Shown here piece by piece: positions 1 to 11,586 of a DNA stretch of 45,527 bases; positions within the stretch are counted from its first letter, which is position 1; the number at the start of each line of letters is the position of its first letter. Made by a program: the position numbers and the translations under genes. This stretch comes from Octopus bimaculoides (Eukaryota). The stretch spans positions 46,887,213 to 46,932,739 of the forward strand of contig NC_068990.1 of assembly GCF_001194135.2 (NCBI RefSeq), given 5' to 3'. The notes beneath the pieces are model-generated. The model ran no database searches. It was not told where the DNA came from and worked only from the letters and a program-made list of their open reading frames with translations.

Positions 1-200
1 GGCTCAAAGTCAAAACAAAAATTTTCGCTACTGTGGGCAAGCGAACCCGCCTCCCACAAACAGCGAATACAAAATTTGTTCGTACAACGAACACACAAAA
101 AAACTCGCCAAGGAAAGCGAAGATGCCACACGGCTGGACAACAATTTACTAAAAAATAAATAGAAGCAATAAATTGCTGCCCAGCTGAGCAACAAAAACG

Positions 201-320
201 ACTTACCCCGGCGAATTCTTCAATTTTTCCTTCTATAGACAGAGCTGAAAACCATGTCTATCTTCATTCACAGCAAGTAGCCAGTCTGGCGCACATGCGC
301 AATGAGCAAACCGGAAGTAA
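201..320 (-). promoter_or_regulatory. Possible promoter and non-coding first exon of a gene running leftwards out of the window
   Basis: Minus-strand consensus donor CGGG|GTAAGT at 206-201. NRF1-like GCGCACATGCGCA at 289-301. ETS-type CCGGAAGT at 311-318. Visibly CpG-rich sequence at 1-320. All three minus frames of the putative exon contain stops. The ETS motif may be SINE-derived. Confidence 0.3.
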
Positions 321-346
321 GCAAGCTACTTACCACACAACCACTC
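311..346 (-). mobile_element. 5' head remnant of tRNA-derived SINE (family A)
   Basis: Reverse complement GAGTGGTTGTGTGGTAAGTAGCTTGCTTAC is an A-box-like head matching my recollection of the family seen at 9659-10030; not database-verified. Confidence 0.45.
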
Positions 347-518
347 GTACACACACATATAACATATATATTGTTGGTTTGTCTCAGGTTAGCCTTAGCT
401 ATGCTAAACAAAAATTAGCAATAACTACATTGCCTATTGTCTTCTTTTAAGACTGTGCTGCATGATTTCAGGTGATCTCACTACTCTTATTCGGTTAGAA
501 GCACTCGCGCTGGCACAA

Positions 519-1258
519 ATATATATATATATATATANNNNNNNNNNNNNNNNNNNNNNNNNNNNNNNNNNNNNNNNNNNNNNNNNNNNNNNNNNNNNNN
601 NNNNNNNNNNNNNNNNNNNNNNNNNNNNNNNNNNNNNNNNNNNNNNNNNNNNNNNNNNNNNNNNNNNNNNNNNNNNNNNNNNNNNNNNNNNNNNNNNNNN
701 NNNNNNNNNNNNNNNNNNNNNNNNNNNNNNNNNNNNNNNNNNNNNNNNNNNNNNNNNNNNNNNNNNNNNNNNNNNNNNNNNNNNNNNNNNNNNNNNNNNN
801 NNNNNNNNNNNNNNNNNNNNNNNNNNNNNNNNNNNNNNNNNNNNNNNNNNNNNNNNNNNNNNNNNNNNNNNNNNNNNNNNNNNNNNNNNNNNNNNNNNNN
901 NNNNNNNNNNNNNNNNNNNNNNNNNNNNNNNNNNNNNNNNNNNNNNNNNNNNNNNNNNNNNNNNNNNNNNNNNNNNNNNNNNNNNNNNNNNNNNNNNNNN
1001 NNNNNNNNNNNNNNNNNNNNNNNNNNNNNNNNNNNNNNNNNNNNNNNNNNNNNNNNNNNNNNNNNNNNNNNNNNNNNNNNNNNNNNNNNNNNNNNNNNNN
1101 NNNNNNNNNNNNNNNNNNNNNNNNNNNNNNNNNNNNNNNNNNNNNNNNNNNNNNNNNNNNNNNNNNNNNNNNNNNNNNNNNNNNNNNNNNNNNNNNNNNN
1201 NNNNNNNNNNNNNNNNNNNNNNNNNNNNNNNNNNNNNNNNNNNNNNNNNNNNNNNNNN
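519..1258. other. (AT)n followed by assembly gap (N 538-1258)
   Basis: Direct reading. Confidence 0.95.
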
Positions 1259-1561
1259 TTATTTCTATGAATATTTGAATATTAGTAATTTGCAATGAAA
1301 ACAATTTATAACATTTTATAATAATAAACACTTCTAAAAAACATTTGTCAGAGGTTACCTGTTTTCTACCCTTAACGTAATAGACTCCATAAAAATATCA
1401 GTCTCTATTAATTGCACATTTATTCTCTAATATAATAATTCACGGGTTCATCCATTTATAATCACATATTACTTTTCTGATATATCATACATAACAAAAA
1501 CCTATTGACATCCAGAAAATTAATAACTTTTAAAAACTTAATTCCTTTTGAGCGCAATAGC

Positions 1562-1566
<5 letters not shown>

Positions 1567-1599
<33 letters not shown>

Positions 1600-1623
1600 G
1601 GGGAGGGAGAGAGAGAGAGAGAA
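1567..1623. repeat. (AT)n / G-run / (GA)n compound microsatellite
   Basis: Direct reading. Confidence 0.9.
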
Positions 1624-2085
1624 AGGGAGAGTGAGATAACCTTTTCATTGTAATCCTTTATGGCACTTGCTGTTTTGAAAGTCTTTCAGCATCAGAGGCC
1701 ATAAGGCTAGAGATAAACGAAGATTACCTCTACTTACATTATCAAGACTGTTGCGAGTTTTTGAAACTAGGAAACATACTCGGCTAAAACTTGACTCAGC
1801 TAGATAAAAAGTAGGAAAAACAATGAAATATAATGTTACTTCCTGTTAAAGCAATGGCGAAGGAGAATTTCATAGCAATTTTACAACTTGTCCATAATTT
1901 ATTGGGCCCATGATAAATTTACGTCGAGAAGTTTGATTACTCTGCTATTCAAAAAGCCGTTTTTGTAGTCTGATATCAACATCAGTTCTTTGTCCCGAAT
2001 GGATCCACCACACAAATCGGTATGTACATTTCCATAAATAGGTTTCTAATTCGTTACGAATTCAACATTATATGCATGTATATAA

Positions 2086-2087
<2 letters not shown>

Positions 2088-2144
<57 letters not shown>

Positions 2145-2930
2145 NNNNNNNNNNNNNNNNNNNNNNNNNNNNNNNNNNNNNNNNNNNNNNNNNNNNNNNN
2201 NNNNNNNNNNNNNNNNNNNNNNNNNNNNNNNNNNNNNNNNNNNNNNNNNNNNNNNNNNNNNNNNNNNNNNNNNNNNNNNNNNNNNNNNNNNNNNNNNNNN
2301 NNNNNNNNNNNNNNNNNNNNNNNNNNNNNNNNNNNNNNNNNNNNNNNNNNNNNNNNNNNNNNNNNNNNNNNNNNNNNNNNNNNNNNNNNNNNNNNNNNNN
2401 NNNNNNNNNNNNNNNNNNNNNNNNNNNNNNNNNNNNNNNNNNNNNNNNNNNNNNNNNNNNNNNNNNNNNNNNNNNNNNNNNNNNNNNNNNNNNNNNNNNN
2501 NNNNNNNNNNNNNNNNNNNNNNNNNNNNNNNNNNNNNNNNNNNNNNNNNNNNNNNNNNNNNNNNNNNNNNNNNNNNNNNNNNNNNNNNNNNNNNNNNNNN
2601 NNNNNNNNNNNNNNNNNNNNNNNNNNNNNNNNNNNNNNNNNNNNNNNNNNNNNNNNNNNNNNNNNNNNNNNNNNNNNNNNNNNNNNNNNNNNNNNNNNNN
2701 NNNNNNNNNNNNNNNNNNNNNNNNNNNNNNNNNNNNNNNNNNNNNNNNNNNNNNNNNNNNNNNNNNNNNNNNNNNNNNNNNNNNNNNNNNNNNNNNNNNN
2801 NNNNNNNNNNNNNNNNNNNNNNNNNNNNNNNNNNNNNNNNNNNNNNNNNNNNNNNNNNNNNNNNNNNNNNNNNNNNNNNNNNNNNNNNNNNNNNNNNNNN
2901 NNNNNNNNNNNNNNNNNNNNNNNNNNNNNN

Positions 2931-2988
<58 letters not shown>
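2088..2988. repeat. (CA)n, gap (N 2145-2930), (GT)n
   Basis: Direct reading. Confidence 0.95.
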
Positions 2989-2991
<3 letters not shown>

Positions 2992-3815
2992 ACGAGCTTC
3001 CGCACAGATTCCGTCTTCCAAATTCAGAAAGCATCAGTCATTGGTCTTCTTTCTCCTATATAGAAAATACTTGTCCAGAGTACCACATACTGAACCCGAA
3101 ATTATGCAGTTGCGAAACGAACTTCTTAATATAATAGTCATGTTTGTGCCTCCAGAAGAATTTCCCTCCACGTAGAATTCGGAAAACCAGCGATGGCTAT
3201 GGATGCAGCTACTTACTCCAGACAAAAAAAAAAACACTTCATGCAATTAGACCATATATACTTCGGTTTGTCAATAACAACGACATTAGTCGTTCTACTC
3301 TCAATTGTGCTTTTGACTTCGTATAGTGTAATAAATTTGTATACACTACTGGTATAAAGTGTTTCGAAGCAGAGGATCATCTTCAGATATCAGCTTTTGA
3401 TTAAACCTGATTCTATTGATTTCCATATGGGCTCCTAACATAGATCGACGAGACAATTGTTAGCAACACATGACCCTTGATCTCCACCTCTCATATTATT
3501 CCAATTATAATTTCGACTTCAGCAGTTTGGGAGGGCTTGCAAAAGTTAAGGGTGTGTCCACTTGTTCTTTGACTAACCAACAAAAATAATAGAAATAATA
3601 AAACAAAAATATAACTTTTTAAATCTTTCTGTCAAGATAATTATCGATTTATCATCTTTAGCTAATTATCAGCTGCTAATTGACTGAGTCTTTAGTGTGT
3701 TCGAAGAGACGGTTACCTGAATTCGTTCGGGCTTTCTGCATTCCTCTGTATTCAAAACCCATCGAGTTAAGCTTACCATTTATCCTTTCAAGATCGATAA
3801 CGTACTGAATCCACG

Positions 3816-3816
<1 letters not shown>

Positions 3817-3865
<49 letters not shown>

Positions 3866-3960
3866 NNNNNNNNNNNNNNNNNNNNNNNNNNNNNNNNNNN
3901 NNNNNNNNNNNNNNNNNNNNNNNNNNNNNNNNNNNNNNNNNNNNNNNNNNNNNNNNNNNN

Positions 3961-4002
<42 letters not shown>
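3817..4002. repeat. (TC)n spanning gap N 3866-3960
   Basis: Direct reading. Confidence 0.95.
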
Positions 4003-4006
<4 letters not shown>

Positions 4007-4629
4007 GAAGAAATCAGTTATGTTTAGTTCTAGACGGGATTGTTCTCTCTGCCAGGTTCAAAATGCCCAAATACCCCACACGTGCCGTATGTAACGATAG
4101 TGTTGCTACGTCTCCGTCAGGTGTGCAGGGCCAACACAATAAATAAAGGAAGCTAGTAATTATCTCTACACTTAGCTAGTTGTTTAGCTCTATTCAACTC
4201 CAATCAAACCGTCTAAATTAGATGGTCAAGGCTTTTCAGCTTGGATCATCCCATTTATAAGTGTGTAAGATTACATTATCTGTTGTGTCCTTTCCTTATT
4301 TGACTTTAGATTTGGTTACTATTTTCATAGGCTGAACGGTCATTTAGAGGTACCCTCATACCTCACAACAAGCTAATACTGTCTATCTTGCTATTTCTAT
4401 GTGTATCTAGCTAGTAATCTATTTATATCAATCTGCCTGGTTATCTAATCTATTTCTTTTCCCGCTCTTTGCCCTTCTCTAAGTTAGCCTCCATAATTTT
4501 CTCTCGTGCTCTCATTCTCATATACGTCATCTCAGATTTGATTTCATACCCTGTTAGTCCCTCTGCCTTTGTTTATGTCTGTTTCTCACACATTTTCTGT
4601 TTATCTTATCTCTTCTATCCCTGTACCCT

Positions 4630-4776
4630 TCTCTCTCTCTTTCTCTCTCACTTTCTCTCTCTCCCGTTTCTCATTCTCTCCTCTCTCTTTTTCTCTCTCC
4701 TCTCTCTTTTTCTCTCTCCTCTCTCTTTTTCTCTCTCCTCTCTCTTTTTTCTCTCTCTCCTCTCTCTTTTTCTCTC

Positions 4777-4816
<40 letters not shown>

Positions 4817-4826
4817 NNNNNNNNNN

Positions 4827-4889
<63 letters not shown>

Positions 4890-4950
4890 TTTCTCATTCT
4901 CTCCTCTCGTTCTTTTTTCTCTCTCTCCCTCTCTCTCTCTCTCTTTCTCA
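4630..4950. repeat. CT-rich tract with ~19-nt minisatellite and (TC)n; gap N 4817-4826
   Basis: Unit TCTCTCTTTTTCTCTCTCC repeated about 5 times at 4682-4780. Confidence 0.9.
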
Positions 4951-5519
4951 TAATCAATAAACAACCGTTTAACGAAAATAAACGAAAGAAACAGAAAAAG
5001 AAGGGAAAACGCTTACTGTTATTCCCTGATTTGATATTTATGATTACAAGAGCAAGTGTCAGATCGTGATGATAAAGGCATCTTGAACTCTTCCAGGATC
5101 TGAAAAATTAGGTCGATTTAGTTATTAGGATGGATGACGTCAATGGTTCTTGCGAAATGTTTGCGGCATCGTTTGACACATCGATACATATTTGGATTCA
5201 GTTCCTAAAGCATTTTTATGTTGGTCAGAATTTTTGTTTCAAAAATAATCAATCAGTTTCCTCCTTCTATTGCTGTTTCTGCTATGTTGCTGTTCATTTG
5301 GTCTCAGAAAGTATCGATCTTGTTTTTACAGCGAAGCAAGTTTATAAAAGATTGGCAATTAGACTATGCGACATACATACTTTTCTCAAGAATAATACTG
5401 ATATAGCTATGCAGCTGAAGAGAAACTACTTCTGGTAAATGTATCCGAAGCAATGACCTCATAAAGGACATTGCGAAAATAACAGAGGCCTCACTTTGAC
5501 ACTGAGGTCATACATTTAT

Positions 5520-5690
5520 GTAGAGGGTGATTGGATCGACGCAAGGGTGTGTTTTCTTCTTGTTTTATCGATTCTGATGGTATTGAAAGTAAAATAAGGC
5601 TTGACGGGACTTGAACTCAGAATGTGTAAATAACAGAAGTAAGTATTGGAAAGTATTTGTCCAGCACAATACCGTCTCTGCTACTCTGAA
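5520..5690 (-). mobile_element. Degenerate tRNA-derived SINE fragment
   Basis: GGGACTTGAACTCAGAA is the reverse complement of a B-box-like TTCTGAGTTCAAGTCCC. Flanks resemble a recalled cephalopod SINE. Confidence 0.35.
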
Positions 5691-6608
5691 CATATTGCTA
5701 TGTTGTCTGACAACAACGGAATTTCGCTTGACTGAAATATTCCTAACAAAGATAATTTCCAGATTTGATAAACGTAGCGATAAATCCTTTTTGATAAATA
5801 TCTGTAATGTGTCCTATATCACACTGGAAAATATTATCGGGAAGTGGTATCGACAGCGAATACCGACAAGCAAAGCAATTAAACCGACAACAGAGATACA
5901 GAAGAATGCATGATTGCTGCTGAGAGATGGACAACTTATTAGTAAGATGGATTTCAATTTTACATTAAAGTATTATTATTGCCCATTTACTGGCTTTCAT
6001 TGATCTTTTAAGTAACTTCGTATATTTCATGATAACAAGGACCCATCGATAATCATACTATGTCAATGGAGTATTGGATAACATTTCTATAGTGCATACA
6101 TACCTTTATTGCCACTGGTAACATTCTTTAGGAACAATGATTCTCTTTTAAATGATACACCGTACAAACTAACACTTTATTTGAAGATTTCACTAACTGA
6201 TCTTTTAATAATTTTACACAAGCATTTGTTTTAATTTTCAAAGTAAAGTACCACTGACTGTGTTAGGCCAAAATCAGACGCAAGATTTACTTTAATAAAC
6301 CAGAAATAGGTAATCTGCATTCTTCTGAAGGGCTAAGTGCATCTTCCTGTGTCGTCAGCTTTCTCAGGTATGATCTAGTGCCAAGAAGCAGGAATGAAAC
6401 TTCGCAGCAACTGTTATGAATCTCCTAGCAGACTCATAACAGTTATGCAAGAGAGCTGATGGTTTGTTCGACAAAGGTCTATGTGGATGACTACGAATTT
6501 CTCCACATTTTCTAGCATTTCACTGCTGATTGAACACTTATAATATTGAACTTATACTCGATTCATCTTCAAACACATGTGCCACTGAAATGCGTGTTTG
6601 ATCTAAAG

Positions 6609-6673
6609 GATGTTCCCCAAAAAGCCAGAGGAAACATTTCTAGGGGGTCTTGGCAGCAGGTTTGGGGAACTTC
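6609..6673. mobile_element. 65-bp hAT-like mini-MITE
   Basis: TIRs GATGTTCCCCAAA / TTTGGGGAACTTC (12/13). Flanking 8-mers ATCTAAAG / ATGTAAAA (6/8, central TA). Confidence 0.5.
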
Positions 6674-7608
6674 ATGTAAAATATCATGCAGGTAGATTGC
6701 ACAATGTTATCAGCCATCATAAAAATCGCAGAGCCTGTCTCCATTGCAGTAAATTTCAATGACTTAAGTTATAATAGGTTTTTGGCCTGAGATTCGGAAA
6801 CTAAAAAAGAACAATAACTTAAATCAATTCACAAGTTCCTTGAATATTAATGTTCATGTTTACTTTATGAGAACAGAAACCGTGGAGATGTATAGGTCTA
6901 TGATGTATTAAGCCAAAGCAAATTTTTGTAGAGAAGGGGGAAGTTGTCAATAGAATCTACCAGTGTCTTACTAGTACTGAGTACTTTTCCAAGTAATTCC
7001 TAAATTTAAAAAAAAATGTAAAGGAACAAGAGTAAAAACTTTAAACCATTTGCTACCTTTCTTGTTGCTATCAGGTGTCGCAGTTGTTATTGTAACTGTT
7101 GTTTTTGTGGCTATTATTAGTATTGTTGTTGCTGCGATAGTTGTTGCTGCGATTGTTGTTATTCTTATTTAATTCCAGGTCAGCTATGACGAAAGTTGTT
7201 CTAGCCACGACTATTCCCGTCTTTATATTTATATGCTTATGGTTATATTATCCAATACATGAAGGTGGGTAGATTATAAACTGAGAAAGGTTTGGAAGGA
7301 GTGTTTCTCAAGTGGTACCGCTCTCGGGGGGGGGGTCGATTTATATAGTGCAATAAGAGACGATAGATACATCTTCATAGTTTCTTCAGTCTTTTTCTTT
7401 TTTTTTAAATATCAACTTTAAGAAAATTCAAATGTAATATTATGATAAACTGCTCGTTAGCTACAATCATAATGACAACGACAATTACAATGACAGTAAC
7501 AACAACTGTATCAACAAGGAAAATGTGAAAATGTAAATAAACAGAACCGAAATCTATACCAGCCGGTATATGTGAATCACAAACAATAAAGAAAAGTACA
7601 ATTTAAAA

Positions 7609-7705
7609 TAATGCTTCCCAACCTTTAAATTAGAGATAAAATCTATAAATTTATTCTTTCTGTACGGCCCGGTACTGGTCGGCAGTCTGGTGGTTGGGAT
7701 CACTG
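7609..7705. mobile_element. Short hAT (Charlie/Buster-type) MITE
   Basis: Ends TAATGCTTCCCAACC ... GGTTGGGATCACTG. 8-bp TSD ATTTAAAA / GTTTAAAA (7/8). Confidence 0.55.
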
Positions 7706-7904
7706 GTTTAAAAGATATATAATATAATAAAAAAGGTTAACATTTTGTATTATATTGAAGAAATAACGTTTGTGAAAGTAGACGTTTAATGGTGATCAAA
7801 CTATCTACAACAATATTTTGTGGTGTGTTTAATTTTGTCGAATCGTAGCAAGGAGAGCTTACTTGTCCAGCATTAGGGAACGGAAGAATAAGTAACAAAC
7901 TTAG

Positions 7905-8000
7905 AAAATAAGTACTGTGGTCAATTTGTTCTATTACACCCTTCAAGGTGGTGCCCCAGCAAGGCCGCAGTCCAATAAATATAACAAATAAAAAAATAAA
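7905..8000 (+). mobile_element. SINE 3' tail fragment
   Basis: AAGGTGGTGCCCCAGCAAGGCCGCAGTC matches tails at 9970-10000 and 26885-26915. Confidence 0.6.
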
Positions 8001-9333
8001 AGAAAAAGAAAAGATAAATACTTTGCCTTTCAGTAATATAACGCTTTATTGCTATTTGTATTTAGCACTCTCATACAACGTTGTGTCCCAAAAGAAATAT
8101 CTGAAGTAATTTATTTTGTATAATTTCTGCCAAGACTATCCAATTTTCTGTCTTAACTATGCTACAACTTATGTAATTTACAAGAAAATAAAGCAAGAAA
8201 TTAAAAACTTTGTGAGGTGTGAACCTGGTTGGTGCACACTCTGAGGTAGCATGGTGTGTAACACAATGGATGACGTGTTGGAGATGGGGAAAGGAAATGT
8301 TTGTGTGAGCTGGTGTTATAGCATATAGTGAAATGTGTTGGGCCTTAATATTTTAACGAGATGTGGAGTGACGGATGGCGAAAAGTGGTACGTGTGGTGA
8401 GTTATGGTAGTGGTACGATGTATTAGGTATGTTACTGACAGAACAGTGTGTTACAGTGTGGTGGTGGTCGTCGTCGTCGTTTGTGGTGGTGGTGGGATGA
8501 GGTGTGATGTGATGCTAGGGCAGTGAAATTGTGAATTGTGTGTTTAGATATGTTGAGCAGCTATGTTTGGAAGACGTGATAAAACGGGTGAGATAATATA
8601 GAGTTGTAACTTATAGCATGGCAGAGGCAGGGAGGGAATGATGTGAGGATGTAAAGCTACCGAATTCCATTCATAATTTTATCCATGTCTACAAGGGATG
8701 GTTATTTAAAAGAAAATGAAAATATAAAAAAAGAAAACTACTTAATGTCTTTTATTTTTATGCATTGCATAAAATTACTTAATGAAAAACTTCATTCTCA
8801 CTCCCAAAAGAAACAACAACAGTGTCTTGAGACAGATCGACACAAAAGACAAGACTGGCACTCAAAAAATCAAATATCAACTAAAATGTATTTCAGAAGC
8901 AGGAATGTGAAATTTCCAGGGTTGTGTTTCAAGGAGTTGACGTTAGTAAAATAAACTTTACTTATGACATTATTACGAATTCACTGGCGACTCACACATA
9001 CGTGGGGTTAGGGGCCTGTGCGTATATGTGCACGAATTTATGAATGTATTTATGTATGTATACATATATATACATATATGTTCATATACGTAAATACATT
9101 CCTACATAAACACATACATGCATGCATACATACATACATACATACATGCATACGTACGTACATACATATGTAAGTATATTGATAGATACACAATACTCAC
9201 AAAAATAAGAAATGAACGAACAAATAGATGTATGTTGCCATACACCACAATTCTGGATATTTATGCTATGTTATGTTATGTTATGTACATATGTATGTAT
9301 GTATGCATCTATGTATGTATGAATATGTGTGTG

Positions 9334-9336
<3 letters not shown>

Positions 9337-9422
<86 letters not shown>

Positions 9423-9427
9423 ACACA
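9337..9427. repeat. (CA)n microsatellite
   Basis: Direct reading. Confidence 0.95.
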
Positions 9428-9658
9428 AACATGCGAACGCACAAACCAATAGCAATGTAACTACATGTGTGCCATTGTCAATTTCTCTTCCTTCCCTGAA
9501 CTTTTCCCTTTCTCCTTTCTGACCAAGAGCCATGCTCGAAACCTCAAATTCACTTCTTTCACCGAGCGTCAAGTTAATATATTTCTTATGTGCGTCTTCA
9601 TGTTATCGTCTTTATTCGTTTGTTTGAACTGTTTTTGTGAATTTACTATACATATATA

Positions 9659-10028
9659 TATGAACCACATGATTCCAGGTTCAGTCCCACTGCGTGGCAC
9701 CTTGGGCAAGTGTCTTCTACTATAGCCCCGGGCCGACCAAAGCTTTGTGAGTGGATTTGGTAGACAGAAACTGAAAGAAAGCCATCGTATATATGTATAT
9801 ATGTTTGTGTGCGTATATGTTTGTGTGTCTGTGTTTGTCCCCCCAACATCGCTTGATAACCGATGCTGGTGTGTTTACGTCCCTGTAACCTAGCGGTTCA
9901 GCAAAAGTGACTGGTAGAATAAGTACTAGGCTTACAAAGGATAAGTCTTGTGTCGATTTGCCCGACTAAAAGGCGGTGCTCCAGTATGGCCACAGTCAAA
10001 TGACTGAAACAGGTAAAAGAGTAGAAGA

Positions 10029-10030
<2 letters not shown>
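9659..10030 (+). mobile_element. tRNA-derived SINE, family A (5'-truncated)
   Basis: B-box-like GGTTCAGTCCC, then GGCACCTTGGGCAAGTG, an internal AT/GT microsatellite and a purine-rich tail. Collinear with 26631-26945. Confidence 0.85.
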
Positions 10031-10066
<36 letters not shown>

Positions 10067-10097
10067 GCACACACACAAATATACATACACAAACATC

Positions 10098-10185
10098 CTT
10101 TTATACTTTTACTGGTTTCAGTCATTTTTCGTTTGGACAGCGGTCATGCTGGGGCACCACCTTCAAGACCTGTTAGTCGATCTTA
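10098..10185 (-). mobile_element. SINE 3' tail fragment, inverted relative to 9659-10030
   Basis: Reverse complement AAGGTGGTGCCCCAGCATGACCGCTGTC...AAATGACTGAAACCAGTAAAAG. Confidence 0.75.
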
Positions 10186-10343
10186 TTCGTAACAATCCCT
10201 GTGATTATACTTTTAACCTGGGCACTTTATTTATCTGCTTTTTTTTTATCAGGCCGCTAAGTCCTTGGTCATAAATCAGGGCACCGATTTTCAAACGATA
10301 TTACCATAAAGACAGACACGCACACACATACATGCAGACATAT

Positions 10344-10728
10344 GTTGATGTTGGCACTCCGTCGCTTACGACGTCGAGGGTTCCAGTTGATCCAATCAAT
10401 GGAACACCCAGCTCGTGAAATTAACGTGCAAGTGGCTAAGCACTCCACAGACACGTGTGTCCTTAACGTAGTTCTCGGGGAAATTCAGCGTGACACAGTG
10501 TGACAAGGCAACCCTTTGAATTACAGGCACAGCAGAAACAGGAAGTAAGAGTGAGAGAAAGTTGTGGTGAAAGAGTACAGCAGGGTTCGCCACCAACCCC
10601 TGCCGGAGCCTCGTGGAGCTTTAGGTGTTTTCGCTCAATAAATACACACAACGCCCGGTCTGGGAATCGAAACCGCGATCCTATGACCGAGAGTCCGCTG
10701 CCCTAACCACTGGGCCATTGCGCCTCCT
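10344..10728 (-). mobile_element. Full-length tRNA-derived SINE, family B, with 12-bp TSD
   Basis: Minus-strand head GGAGGCGCAATGGCCCAGTGGTTAGGG...GGTTTCGATTCCC (A and B boxes). Perfect flanking duplication ATGCAGACATAT at 10332-10343 and 10729-10740. Confidence 0.9.
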
Positions 10729-10813
10729 ATGCAGACATATACATATACACAAACAAACACAGACATTCAGACAGATAGACAAACAGACACACATGCATGC
10801 ACACATACACACA

Positions 10814-10862
<49 letters not shown>

Positions 10863-10904
10863 GGTGCCTTATTAGCCTTGATACAGTTTGTATTTAGACT
10901 AAGA

Positions 10905-11005
10905 AGGCATTGGCCAATCCGAGGCTAATTTAGAAGACACCCAAGGTAAGTGGATCGAACCAAAAATCATCTAGTAGCAAAGTAAACTTCTTGACCATAT
11001 AAACG
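10905..11005 (-). mobile_element. Degenerate 5' half of a family A SINE
   Basis: TAGAAGACACCCAAGG and GGATCGAACC resemble the reverse complement of 9670-9730. Confidence 0.4.
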
Positions 11006-11259
11006 TGAAATATGTTAAAATTTACTCCGAACTTCCATATATATTTTTCAATGCATAATCATATAAGAGCTAGTGTTTCTGCCGAAACACGCAACACATT
11101 GGATTATATGCATGTGTATATATGTGTGTCTGGTCCGTTTTGAAATATATTCAAACATACTGAGCTATGCATTGATATATGTACATATGCATGTCACCAG
11201 CGTACGTAAATATATTTACATAAAGATATAAGCATACACTCACACATATATATGTATAA

Positions 11260-11292
<33 letters not shown>

Positions 11293-11586
11293 CATTGGAG
11301 TCTAGATCATGCGTGTGTGTATATGGATATGATGTATGTATAAATGTATGTATGTATGTATACACACGCGCACACAGACTCAGTCATATACATAAGAGAT
11401 TACTTGAACTAAGGTGTAAATTCCAGCAACCCAAAACATGTCCTACGAGACATAATCGTTTAATATCAAGATTCAAAACAACTTGGGTACCTTTTTCTCC
11501 TAGATACGAATACACCAACACTAAAGCAACCAAAATTCATACAACTAACCCCCTAAGCAATCACTACAGTTTACAACACAGGAATA

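Noticed and set aside
328-334. Second minus-strand splice donor GGTAAGT
   Set aside because: It is the A-box region of the SINE head remnant.
2088-2988. Convergent (CA)n/(GT)n arms as a functional fold-back (also 23990-24229)
   Set aside because: Expected by chance at this microsatellite density, and the gap hides the true structure.
462-3175. Long ORFs of 278-367 aa in the ORF track (likewise those at 22052-22864, 25377-26059 and 27845-28966)
   Set aside because: They run through N-gaps and dinucleotide repeats and are not real coding sequence.
4469-5069. Leu/Ser-rich and Arg/Glu-rich ORFs (similar low-complexity ORFs at 32583-33210, 36299-36725 and 40446-40893)
   Set aside because: Translations of simple repeats.
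5040-5440. Possible ancient LINE RT remnant on the minus strand (EPLT....FFRSWK)
   Set aside because: Only a few residues match; not distinguishable from chance without a profile search.
10652-10728. tRNA gene-like sequence (also 11840-11904)
   Set aside because: Pol III boxes continue into SINE bodies, and no clean acceptor stem is evident.
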